Source: Octopus bimaculoides
Taxonomy: Eukaryota
Direction: 5' to 3'
DNA length: 64,000 nucleotides
NCBI RefSeq assembly: GCF_001194135.2
Contig: NC_068988.1
Span: 94,074,991-94,138,990 of the forward strand
Made by a program: the position numbers and the translations under genes. Below are positions 38,142-50,150 of this stretch, piece after piece; positions within the stretch are counted from its first letter, which is position 1; each line of letters opens with the position of its first letter. Under the pieces are notes generated by a model. That model saw nothing but the letters and a program-made list of their open reading frames with translations, was not told the origin of the DNA and searched no databases.

Positions 38142-39445
38142 ATCACAGATAGAAATATATAGAAACACATCAAACCCCTAGATGTAGGCATATGTCTATT
38201 TATGTATTTATGTATGTATGTATGTATGTATGTATGTATGTATCACATCCCTTTGAAAAAGGGATATTGTTAGAAACGTCATAAATGACTTCTTTTTTAT
38301 TTTCTGTTTTAAACTAATTATGTTGGTCGTGAATTCATATTGCTGTTGTCCGTATTTTTTTCTTGTTTGGCCATCTCCCACTCTCTCTCCCCACTCTCTC
38401 GCCCCACTCTCTGTCTTCTGTTCTTTTCCACTCTCTGTCTCTCCCCCTCTCTCTCTACTCCCTTCCTCTCTCCTCTAATATACATGTGTGTGAGTATGTA
38501 TGTGGACGCACACACAACTACATGCTTATGTATATATTTGCGCATTGAACTATATATGTATATGCATGAGTGTGTATATGTGTTTGCGTGTGTGTGTGAG
38601 AGAGAGAGGGGAGAAAGAGAGAGGGGAGAAAGAGAGAGAGAGACAGACAGACAGACAGAGAGAGAGAGAGAAAGAAATAGCGAAAGGAAGAAAACGAAGG
38701 AGAGTTATTTGCAAACGCTTAAATAATTTTTCTCCTCTGACGTCTAATTCTACTTCTTGTCCAAATTCATGGACTGTTTTAGAATAACTGTTTGCTTCAA
38801 AAACGAGAAGATTCAAACAAGTCCATGAAAAAAAATAATCTTCAAATGTTTCACTCATCTCAGAGAAAATACCAATAATAGGAACTGCACACAGAGACGT
38901 GTAATATGTGAAGTAGTGCTGATAAATTAAACAGTATCGAAGCTAAGTAAAGACTGCATCTACCCAAGGTTATATTGCAAAATTACGCAATATCTGGAAT
39001 ATTCAAATAATTATGTTAAAATATTTAGCAGTAAAAAAATCAATCCAATTCATTAAAATGGTAACTTCAGAATTCTTTTCTTTCTCTATTTTCTATTTTC
39101 CAAAAATGTTATTAAATTAATTTTTTACGGGTTTCCATAATTGCTTATGTTGCTGCTACTGTTATTGTTGTTAGGATTTTTGCTTCGCTAATTTTCCCTT
39201 TTAACTCCAAACCGGCCCTGATCAAGAAAACTTGAGATCAGCTTTAATATTTAAAAGAACAAAGAGCGGTTCAAGAGAGAATTGTCTGCGGTCGAACGAC
39301 CGCGTACAGACGACCATAATAGCTTGCATCATTTCTAGACGTGACTCTATTTGTTGTTGTTGTTGCTGAGGCTCAATGTGGTTCATACACACACACACAC
39401 ACACACACACATACTTGTTGTAGTAGTAGTAGTAGTAGTAGTAGT

Positions 39446-39479
<34 letters not shown>

Positions 39480-39496
39480 ATGATAATGATTTTAAG

Positions 39497-39927
39497 AAGG
39501 TGGTGATCTGGCAGAAACATTAGCACGCCGGGCGAAATGCTTAGCGATATTTCGTCTGCCGTTACGTTCTGAGTTCAAATTCCGCCGAGGTCGACTTTGC
39601 CTTTCATCCTTTCGAGGTCGATAAATTAAGTACCAGTTACGCACTGGGGTCGATGTAATTGACTTAATCTCGTTGTCTGTCCTTGTTTGTCCCCTCTATG
39701 TTCAGCCCCTTGTGGGAAATAAAGAAATAAGAAACGTTAGCACACCGGGCGAAATGCGTAGCGGTATTTCGTCTGTCTTTACGTTCTGAGTTCAAATTCC
39801 GCCGAGGTCAACTTTGCTTTTAATGCTTTCGGGGTCGATAAATTAAGTACCAGTTACGTACTGAGGTAGATGTAATAGACAGGATCCCTCCCCCAAAATT
39901 TCGGGCCTTGTGCCTAGAGTAGAAAGG
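39497..39927 (+). mobile_element. Chimeric S1 dimer (full tail-A copy fused to a head-clipped tail-B copy) inside one 15-bp TSD
   Basis: GATAATGATTTTAAG at 39482-39496 and 39928-39942; junction at 39729/39730. Confidence 0.9.
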
Positions 39928-40622
39928 GATAATGATTTTAAGTTTTGACAGAAGGGCTACAGTTTTTAAAGGGAGGGGACTAGTCTGTTACATTGACTCC
40001 AGTATTCAACTGGTACTTATTTTATCGACCTCGAAAGAATGAAAGCAAAACTATTTTCCACTACACGTAGAAACTAATTTCATAACTTCTTCACATTAAC
40101 TTTGTTTTTATTGGAATGTTGCTGAATATTATTACTTTTGTATTTTTTTTCTTTCTCGACGCATTTTTCAATTAATTTTGACTTATTTGAGTATGTACTT
40201 CAGCTTTTCACTGCCGACCTGATAATGTTGAATCATAACTACTTAGATTGATAACCGACCCCAAGTATACTGCTTAATAATACATGTAGCATAAATACAG
40301 CAATAAGAATAATCCGTTTTCCAATATGAAATATATCGGCAGACAACAAGTCTCAATATATACGCTATACTGATATATATATATTTATAAACAAATAATC
40401 AAATAGAGAGCATATCTGCATATGGCTAGTGTCATTTACTATGAGATATTATCAAGTATTTATTACCAAGTATTTATCAACTATTTATTACTAACCAACC
40501 GTTATCTATCGTCTATGCTCATGCGCGTATACGCTCACACTCGCACACACAAACGCGCATATACTCACATAAATATATGTGTGTGAATGTGTTTGCATGT
40601 GCGTCTTTCTCTGTGTGTGTGT

Positions 40623-41045
40623 GTATTGAGGTGGTACCCAAAAGTAACCGAAAACGTTCTCTGTGGGACAAGCCCGTTGTAGTCCAGGCTTCTGCCGCTA
40701 GAAATCACTTGATACAACCCTCAGGCATCAGTATACCAACCGGTGTCATCGATGGAAGTCGTACTGCCATGTGGTGCGTCTTTGTTTTCCAGAGCTTCTT
40801 GCCTGTTAGTCCATTTTTGCGATGGTTGAAAAGAAGGGGCAGCGTGCTTCGGTGAAATTCTGAGGTTAACGGCGACCGAAACAACTGTCATGCTTCAGAC
40901 AGCGTACAAAGCACCAGTTTACCAGTGGTTTTCATGATTTAGGAATGGCCACTGATTGTTTGAAGACCAGCCTTGTTCAGGGCGTCCGGCGATCTCCCGA
41001 ACGAATGAAAACATTATTTTAATTCATGAACTGATTTAGGAGAAC
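40623..41045 (+). mobile_element. Mariner-type DNA transposon, 5' part, decayed
   Basis: TIR-like GAGGTGGTACCCAAAAGTAACCG, then MVEKKGQRASVKF...TATETTVMLQTAYK...EDQPCSGRP...SRTNEN, resembling the mariner N-terminal helix-turn-helix region. A similar TIR fragment lies at about 19047-19080. Confidence 0.8.
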
Positions 41046-41560
41046 CGTCACCGAAAATTTTGTATAATCAGCATAGCTGGTGAGAATGGCTGACTAGATG
41101 AGCACATGTCTGAAGGAACCACCACAAGCAGTAGTGGTCCCAATACAGTTCTTTGAGGGATTTCGCTTCGAATTGATACTTCCCCAGAAAGAGCACCATT
41201 GGCTGCAACTGTTTGCCCTCTGTCTTTTAGATGCCTATACAACCACTCTCCCAGTTTTCCAGCCATACCAACGTCACGTAATTTGTGACGTATCATCCCG
41301 TAATGAACTTTGAAAGGCTTTGGCAAAGTTGAGATACATCACATCCACGTTTGAGTGATTGAGTAGCTGTTTCAGTAGCCACTCGTAATGCTGGAGTAGC
41401 TGTGTGAGGTAGCTCCTCCCGAGCCATATTGCGTGTTTGTGAGCAAGTGACATTCTTCTAGGAAGGAGATCGGCCTCCTTCGGACAATGCGTTCCATGGC
41501 CTTGCTAACATGTGAAGTCAAAGAGATAGGCCTGAAAGTTTTAGCATCTGCTCTGCCTCC
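41045..41560 (-). mobile_element. CR1/L2-group LINE RT fragment
   Basis: FRPISLTSHVSKAMERIV, GRSYLTQLLQHYE, VDVMYLNFAKAF, GKLGEWL and SEIPQRTVLGPLL correspond to RT motifs (RPISL, DF-x-KAFD, GVPQGSVLGP). Confidence 0.9.
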
Positions 41561-43117
41561 TTACGGACAGGGCATATGATGCTTCTTTTAAAGCATATAT
41601 GTCTATTATATATATATATGTATATGTATGTATGTATATTAATGCATATAGTTACTTTTATATATATGTAAGTAGACACATACACACACACACACACACA
41701 CACACGCACGTGTATGTATCTGTGCAATATGATTGAATGGTTGAGAAGTTCGCTTCGCAATCTATATGTGTATATAACTATGCATATTCGCGTTTGACGT
41801 ATTTATATGTACACACGTGCAGGCATACATATACGCACATGTGTATATCTGGAATCTATATATATATCTGAACATACGTATACGTACATGTGCATGTGTG
41901 CGCACGCGCACGCACGTTTGTGTGTATTAATTGTAATGCAGTTTCTATAGTATGTCTTTGCCTGAGGTGGAATATAGCGTAACTCCGATGTCATGCTCTA
42001 ATGCTTTTCGCATGATGAGAATCAGAATTATTGGATGCCAGTAAAGTAATAGTGTTTTCCCAGGTGTCATCGTGACAGCAAATTAACTGTTTGTCATCAT
42101 GCACATCTTGCCATAGATCTCCATCATATTTTCCACTAGTCAAGAGAAAATTTTCATTCAATTGTTTCCTAAAACGTTGCTATTTTGCCGCCCTCAACAA
42201 CCAGTTCTCTGTATTTCTTTATCTACGTGTGTGTAGCTGGTATGAGTTGATGATAAGTGGAATAAGGTCTATCGCCAAAAGCGACGTGTGATGGAAAGAG
42301 GGAGAAAATTGGAGAGAGGGAATGGGAGTGAAAGATAAGGGAAAAGAGCTGGAGTGACTTTGTTTTTCACCTGACTTCACTCTGTGTAGCAGTGACCGTC
42401 AGTAAATAACTGAAAAACACAAGGACAGCCATTTTCTTGTAAACTAATATATTAGTCAAAACGGTAATACAATGCTATTGATTTGGCCGGAGTGACGTCC
42501 CCTTGTGGCCACGTTATCATCACACAGCAATGCTCCTCATAGTTGTACATGCGGCAGATTCAAATTATTCAACTTGTAACCACTGATAGATAATGACGTC
42601 GCCTCTTCTCACGTTTGTCTTCTTTCAGCATCCCAAAGGGCGTGCCAGTTATTAGTTAAAACATAGCGCGTAAGCTGCCTCCAAGCCAATCTACTTTGTA
42701 CCAATAAGAAAACCAGCTGTCCAAATCGATAATAAGGACTAGCTATTGACTAAATTATATTTACAACTTACTGGGTTGCTCGTTATTTTGGGACTGTTAT
42801 TATATACATGAGGTGTTGATTGAGATGGTTGTTGCCTTTCCTTACTGCTTCTCTCCCTGCCTGCTTCAAGCATGCTCACTGACACGTCTGTTCTTCTTTC
42901 AGCACACATTCTTCTGATAACTACAAAAACAATTGATACTTCTAGAAAATGTTCATAAACACAAATGCACATACTGCTTATTATCTCGTACACCATCGCT
43001 CACAAGTATGCGTAGATATCTACATGAATACATATATACATAAGCACACGTGTAAACACACACACATACAGTATATAGATAATTCTATCTCTCTCGCTCT
43101 CTGTGTACTTGTGGGGA

Positions 43118-43350
43118 GAAGCCGCGTAGCTTGGTAGTTAGGTTGTTGCACTCATGATCACAAGATGGTAGTTTCAATTCCTGGACCGGGTAATGTGTTC
43201 AGTTCTGGAGCAAAACACTTCGTTTCACTTTGCTCCAGTCCACTCAGCTGGCATATGTGAGTTATCATGTGATGGACCAGAGACCTATCCAGTGGGAGAA
43301 TAAATGAGTTACAAAATCCGGGGTGACGGTGTATGGAGCGGTGGCGCGGA
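43118..43350 (+). mobile_element. S3-headed SINE, tail type 3, diverged
   Basis: Head plus GAGCAAAACACTTCGTTTCACTTTGCTCCAGTCCACTCAGCTGGCA, colinear with 53222-53466. Confidence 0.7.
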
Positions 43351-44165
43351 AGGACCTTTGATCGATTATTCTTTCTTCTTTGATATATGTATGCATACAC
43401 ACAAATGCTGATGATTGTCTCATCTTGTCAGGTGATAGCCGTTCCCCATTCAGTCTGATTGTGCTGCTTTACATGTACACGGATAAGACTTTTTGGGGTC
43501 TGCACACGCTGCAACACATCTATCGACACAAGACTCTATAACGGAACAATAAATGATAATGAGTCAACTGTCGCAAAAAATGGGGGAATTTTTAGCATTT
43601 AGCAAGCGAAGAATGCGAAGCAGACACAATGGGGAATATAAGAATTTACTTACAAACTTACAACGATAATCATGAACTAACATTGGACCATTGTCACAGC
43701 TGAAAGTGCATGTATGCGCATATAAGTATATAATATATACTTAATAACTGATTGACATGGCCCCCAATAACTTAACGTCAATCAAACTAATTAATCTAGT
43801 TTTTAGAGAAAACAGAAAATGCAGTTTGGAAGCGTATCCCATTTCCAAGGCCGAGTGCTAAATGCATCGAATATGTTTCGGTATTATTATACCTCCTCAA
43901 CTTTTGGTTTGAGTACAGAAGAGCAATGTGACACCTGGTCCCACAAATTGAATACACAACTTATGATGATCAAGCGTGATCTATTATTAGTGTCATGCTT
44001 CTGAAAATACAATGGCCGAACAAACTTGTACAGTACGCCGTGAGTTTTCAGGGAATCATCCAAAACCAAAATCATGACTGCTTTTTCAGAAAAAAATCGA
44101 GAGGACATAAGAGAGAACCGGAGGAAAAAAGCGAAACAAAAAAGTGGATGGAGAAAAAGGAAAAA

Positions 44166-44202
<37 letters not shown>

Positions 44203-45645
44203 NNNNNNNNNNNNNNNNNNNNNNNNNNNNNNNNNNNNNNNNNNNNNNNNNNNNNNNNNNNNNNNNNNNNNNNNNNNNNNNNNNNNNNNNNNNNNNNNNN
44301 NNNNNNNNNNNNNNNNNNNNNNNNNNNNNNNNNNNNNNNNNNNNNNNNNNNNNNNNNNNNNNNNNNNNNNNNNNNNNNNNNNNNNNNNNNNNNNNNNNNN
44401 NNNNNNNNNNNNNNNNNNNNNNNNNNNNNNNNNNNNNNNNNNNNNNNNNNNNNNNNNNNNNNNNNNNNNNNNNNNNNNNNNNNNNNNNNNNNNNNNNNNN
44501 NNNNNNNNNNNNNNNNNNNNNNNNNNNNNNNNNNNNNNNNNNNNNNNNNNNNNNNNNNNNNNNNNNNNNNNNNNNNNNNNNNNNNNNNNNNNNNNNNNNN
44601 NNNNNNNNNNNNNNNNNNNNNNNNNNNNNNNNNNNNNNNNNNNNNNNNNNNNNNNNNNNNNNNNNNNNNNNNNNNNNNNNNNNNNNNNNNNNNNNNNNNN
44701 NNNNNNNNNNNNNNNNNNNNNNNNNNNNNNNNNNNNNNNNNNNNNNNNNNNNNNNNNNNNNNNNNNNNNNNNNNNNNNNNNNNNNNNNNNNNNNNNNNNN
44801 NNNNNNNNNNNNNNNNNNNNNNNNNNNNNNNNNNNNNNNNNNNNNNNNNNNNNNNNNNNNNNNNNNNNNNNNNNNNNNNNNNNNNNNNNNNNNNNNNNNN
44901 NNNNNNNNNNNATATGCATGTATATATTATGAATGTATATATATAAGATGTATTTGTAAATATGTGCATATACATACTTATAAAATATGTGTGTGTAAAT
45001 ACCCATATAGGCTATTTATACACACACATATATATATTTATAAATATGTATATACATATATATATATAAACAATATATGAGTATATGCATATATATGTAC
45101 ATGTATGTATATACGTTCATCTACATGTACATATAGATACATAACTGGGTACATGACGTGGCAAAAGAACAAGGACAAAATGGTAAACAAGGTGCAACAA
45201 ACAAGCAGGCCACACAGAAACATCCCCTTCATCAGCTGCCACCATTAAAACTCCGGCGTTTCGAATATCTGAGAACGGGGGGAGGAGGGGGAGAGATAAA
45301 GTAAGAGGATTTGTTATTTAAATCATCATATATTCGCAAATCATCCGAGACACATTAAAATATATCTATGGTTTATATTTTATATTAATATTTGTCTAGG
45401 TTGTATATTTGTGAATATATCATGCTTTATGCAACAAATTTTATGTTATATAGTTCAATGTATGTATGTATGCATGTATGTATGTTTATTGACACTTACA
45501 TTTCGCCGTTTTTGCCAACTCAGACGACATATATACGAAAATAATTGAACGTACAACTTGTATAATTGTATTTGTACACACACACTGACATATAAACTCA
45601 TACACACATACATTTGCAGATATGCATATAAACACATATATTTCA

Positions 45646-45854
45646 TTTAATGTTCACAATATAAAGTTATGAGTTACTAAGTTTCATGCATTGAAGATGT
45701 ATTCTATGCAGTTTTTATAACACACCCTGTGTCTCAACGGAAACTTCAGGCTCAATGCTCGGAGGCACAAGGCGTGTTATAAAAACTTGCCCAGGACACA
45801 TCTCCAATGCATGAAACTATCAGTAACTCATAACTTTATACTGTGCACATTAAA
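45646..45854. mobile_element. Foldback / MITE-like element, about 209 bp
   Basis: Arms of about 90 bp (TTAATGTTCACAATATAAAGTTATGAGTTACT... and ...AGTAACTCATAACTTTATACTGTGCACATTAA) are reverse complements. Confidence 0.85.
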
Positions 45855-45861
45855 GGATACT

Positions 45862-46715
45862 TATTAGGTTGTCAAGAAAGTTCTTGCGGTTTTTAACCTT
45901 TAAATTCAGATGCACATATCTCGGCTCAAACAAAACTGTATTAAACGAAATAAACACCATCAGAATCAACACACTTTTGCCAACGCGAAACACGTTTATT
46001 TATNNNNNNNNNNNNNNNNNNNNNNNNNNNNNNNNNNNNNNNNNNNNNNNNNNNNNNNNNNNNNNNNNNNNNNNNNNNNNNNNNNNNNNNNNNNNNNNNN
46101 NNNNNNNNNNNNNNNNNNNNNNNNNNNNNNNNNNNNNNNNNNNNNNNNNNNNNNNNNNNNNNNNNACTTCTGCAGGGTTAGTTGTGCGACGTGCGGTCAA
46201 GCGTTGTCGTGCAGAAGAATTGGTCCTTTTCTATTGACCAATGGTGGCTGTTGTTGTCGGAGTTTCTTATGCACTTCATCCATTTGCTGACAATACTTCT
46301 CCGTCGTAATGGTTTCAAAAAGCTGTGATGGATGAGAACGGCCGTAGACCACCAAACAGTCACCCTGACCTTCTTTTGGTGCCACTTTGGCCTCGGGAAG
46401 TGCCGTGGAGCTTCTTCGGCGTCCAAACACTGAGCTGAGCGTCGCCGGTTGTTGTAAAGAATTCACTTTTCATCGCAAGTCACAATCCGGTCGAGAAACG
46501 GGTTGTTCTTGTTGCGTAAAAGAAGGGAAGACGACACGTCTTTTCTTTTGGGTTCTCGTTCAATTCGTGCGGCACCCATTTCTCAAGTATGTTTTCCAAT
46601 CTCTTTCAAGTTGTTGGAAATTGTCGTATACGTTACGTCTTTTTCAGAAGCTAGCTCTCGAACAGTTGTGCGTGGATTGGCTTCCATTATGAACATTTCT
46701 TTCACTGATTTCCTG
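45862..46715 (-). mobile_element. Mariner transposase pseudogene with one TIR (gap 46004-46165)
   Basis: WVPHEL, FLDRIVTCDEK, KVRVTVWW and ILLHDNARPHVA are mariner motifs covering the first two catalytic Asp residues. TA plus TTAGGTTG TIR at 45862. Confidence 0.92.
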
Positions 46716-46809
46716 TGATTTATACACTTTTATGGTTCTGTTGCTCTCATGTCGTATAAACGTCATAATATGAGCTGATAACAGTTCTTTTGCCTATCAT
46801 TTCAATCTT

Positions 46810-46985
46810 TTTATTGCCCACAGAAGGCTAAACATACAGGGAACAAACAAGGAAAAACAAAGGGATTAAGTCGATTACAACGACCCCAGTGCGAAACAGG
46901 TACTTATTTAATCAACTCTGAAAGATCGAAGGGAAAAGTCGACCTCGGAGGAATTTGAACTCAGAACATAAAGACAGACGAAAGA
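46810..46985 (-). mobile_element. S1 SINE tail A, 5'-truncated
   Basis: TTTATTGCCCACAG...TTTGAACTCAGAACATAAAGACAGACGAAA. Confidence 0.88.
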
Positions 46986-47101
46986 ATGTTACAGTTATTT
47001 AACCCCAACAAACACTATTTCTAGTTGGCTACGCGACACAAGCGTTCTGTGTCCTTAACTTTTCAAAGGGAGATAAGTATCTCCACCCAACAAAGCCAGC
47101 A

Positions 47102-47144
47102 TCCAGAGACTAGTTTCAGGGTAATTGCCTTTCATCAGTCTGGA
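47102..47144 (-). ncRNA. Minimal type I hammerhead ribozyme motif
   Basis: UCCAGA-CUGAUGA-A-AGG[CAAUUAC]CCU-GAAAC-UA-GUC-UCUGGA. Perfect 6-bp stem I, 3-bp stem II, palindromic ACUAGU stem III, canonical GUC cleavage triplet (predicted cut between 47108 and 47107). Confidence 0.85.
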
Positions 47145-47281
47145 GTATCTTGACCTTGCTATATGTCGCTGCTAAGCTGCTGTTGAAAACTTATAGAATT
47201 TCAAGTGAAAAACATTCACTGATCTAAAAAAATAGAAATATTACATGTCTAAATCTCTCAGAATTATACAGTAACAGCACG

Positions 47282-47434
47282 ATAGAGTGATGACTTGTCA
47301 ACTTAATGCAGCAGTCACAGGAAAGGAAGAATATTACTGTTTTTTAGCCCCAAGAAATGCCGTTTCTGAATAACAGTAACATTCTTCCCTTTCCTGGGAC
47401 TGTCACGTTAAGTTGGCAACTAGCCATCACTGTA
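47282..47434. repeat. Imperfect foldback with arms of about 60 bp
   Basis: AGTCACAGGAAAGGAAGAATATTACTGTT versus AACAGTAACATTCTTCCCTTTCCTGGGACT, extending outward through CAACTTAA/TTAAGTTG and AGTGATG/CATCACT. Confidence 0.8.
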
Positions 47435-48730
47435 TTATATAATATTTTACAGAAAACAAAGTAAAACCGAATGCAAAACAGTTGTGAAAACAGCTTAGAA
47501 GACCGTATAAATACACTTAAAAAACGGAAAATGTAGCCAGCAGGCACAAAGAATCGAACCCTGTACCTCTCAATTTCTGTCTGAGTATTCCATACCATTA
47601 AGCTAAGTGATCCCCTGACAACAATTACCGTCTTTTATAACGCAAAATAATAGCTTTTGAAATGTTGGAACATTTTTATGAACAAACTTAGAAGCGCCGA
47701 GTGAGTCGGTGTTTTACAGAAAATAAAATGAATCCATTAATACTTGCCTTTATGTTGAGTTACAATACAAGCAATTTTACATTAAACTAAATAATTACTC
47801 AATATTTTTGGCAGATTGCATATTTATTAATCTTTAACAAGCATAATAAACATATACAAACATTTATGTATGCAAGCATTAACACACGAAAACACTCACA
47901 CACACACGCACACACACACATAGAGGTAATGAGAGGGGAAGAGTGAGAGGTTACTTATATATACTATTATCTTGTAGACAAAGTGTATGCTTGGTTCCAG
48001 GATTTCTAAATTCTTCATGATACGTTTAGTTTAGTGACCAAATACTCTACTACCACAATTCTTACCATGATTTTATAACCGCAGTTACGCTTTAGTGGGT
48101 GGAGATTTGTTTGACTGTTGCCTTGGTGTATACAATCTTTCTGCCAAATAATCCAGATGTAAATATAAAACCACGTGGCTACCCACTTTTACGGCTTTAA
48201 GGACTGTATTCATATGAAATCGCTCCCGCTAACCTGTAAGTAAGAGTTCAAACACTTCAGATTATTATTCAATGAAACAGCATTTTGTCTGGAGTCAACT
48301 TCGTGTTTTTTTAAAGCTATCGTAGAGTGGGTATATTCGATTCACTATATTGTTCCCAACTTATAATTCCTTATCTGAAATTATGTGTGTGCGTGTGTTT
48401 AACCAAGAGACAATGTAATTTTGCTTTAAGGAGGTGGCAGCCAATGAAATTTGTTGCCGTATTACTGGTATTCGTTTCATACATTCTTTAGTACTAAAAC
48501 TTAATCGCAAACGGGATTTGAATTCATAATCTTATCGAACGATTCCAAATAATTGCAACAGTTTGTTTTGGATCACTAATTCATCAACTTTACCTCTAAT
48601 CACTACGGAAATTGCGTCGAACCATATTCCTATCCAACAGGCATCGATTTCGAACCATGTCAGAGTATATGAATATTTTAATCATTTTACTTAAATGCGA
48701 TAGATATAAGCCATGTTAAGAGTAGCATCA

Positions 48731-49096
48731 ATTCTTTTCTACTCTAGGAGGGAGCCAGTCGATTAGATCGACCGCAGTTCGTAACTGCTACATATATATA
48801 TGAAAGGCAAAGTCGGCCTCGGCGGAATTTGAACTCAGAACGTAAAGACAGGCGAAATACCTATTTCTTTACTGCCCACAAGGGGCTACACACAGAGGGG
48901 ACAAACAAGGACAGACAAACGGATTAAGTCGATTATATCGACCCCAGTGCGTAACTGGTACTTAATTTATCGACCCCGAAAGGATGAAAGGCAAAGTCGA
49001 CCTTGGCGGAATTTGAACTCAGAACGTAACGGCAGACGAAATACCGCCAAGCATTTCGCCCGGCGTGCTAACGTTTCTGCCAGCTCGCCGCCTTAG
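48731..49096 (-). mobile_element. Chimeric S1 dimer (full tail-A copy fused to a 5'-truncated tail-B copy) inside one 11-bp TSD
   Basis: GAGTAGCATCA at 48720-48730 and 49097-49107; junction at 48861/48862. Confidence 0.9.
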
Positions 49097-49879
49097 GAGT
49101 AGCATCACTCACATCTTTGTATGCGATTAACTCTACTCTGGAGGTGTGGCAAGTCAATGGAAATTGTAGATGCAGGAATACTTGTGTGGCATGAAGACCG
49201 AACTCATCACTGAAGAACTCCAGAAACATTACATTCTCTCCTGTACAGCACAGTGACTCCAAGCAACATAACCGTTACATCAACAAAAATCATTATTCAC
49301 ATTAAAAAGAAATGAATAAAAATATAACTAAATCGATATTTCCAGGCGATTATTTAAGTCGGCACGTAATCAGGCGTATAAGTTTTAAAAATAATAAAAT
49401 AAAATAATATATATAAATGAGAACTAAAATATTGCAAGACTTGGTTTCCCAAGGTAGTCTAGTTATATACAACCTACTCTCAAAGGTGTTGATTGCACGA
49501 AAGTGTTGATTGCACGAAAGTTTTTCCATCTAATAAATATATACATCATATGTTTCTTTTTAATCTTATGTCACTTTAAATCAATGTAATATATGTAGTT
49601 AGCTATTAAAAAGAATAAATACCTTATATCACGGAAATCTTTTAAAATAATTTATATTTCATTCAGACTTATAGAACATATATGTAGACCATCTATGTAT
49701 CGGCTTTTTTCAAATCTTAGTCATACACACACATACACACATACATGCATACATACAAACGCACACACGCACGCAAGCACACACGCACGCAAGCACACAC
49801 GCACAGACACACACATATATATGATTGTGTATGAATACTATGTGTAAGACGATAAGCTGAGAGTATCATTACTGCGCCG

Positions 49880-50045
49880 GACTAATTTCTTAGAGGCATT
49901 TCGTTTTGAGTTCAAATTTCACTGAGGTCGACTTTGTCTTTCATCCTTTCGAGGTCGATAACATAAAATACCAGTTGAGTATTGTACTGGGGTCGATGTA
50001 TTCGACTTACCCTGCCCTCTCGGACTTGCTAGCCTTGTGTAAAAT
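49880..50045 (+). mobile_element. S1 SINE, diverged
   Basis: GAGTTCAAATTTCACTGAGGTCGACTTTGTCTTTCATCCTTTCGAGGTCGATA. Confidence 0.85.
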
Positions 50046-50077
50046 TCCGACATCAATATTATTTTTATATATAAATA

Positions 50078-50108
<31 letters not shown>

Positions 50109-50119
50109 GTGTGTGTGTA

Positions 50120-50150
<31 letters not shown>

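Noticed and set aside
43819-44040. Candidate exon ending at GCC|GTGAGT
   Set aside because: No convincing acceptor or recognisable peptide.
49494-49520. Short tandem duplications (GTGTTGATTGCACGAAA twice; also the 20-bp duplication at about 13880-13920)
   Set aside because: Ordinary slippage duplications with no further structure.
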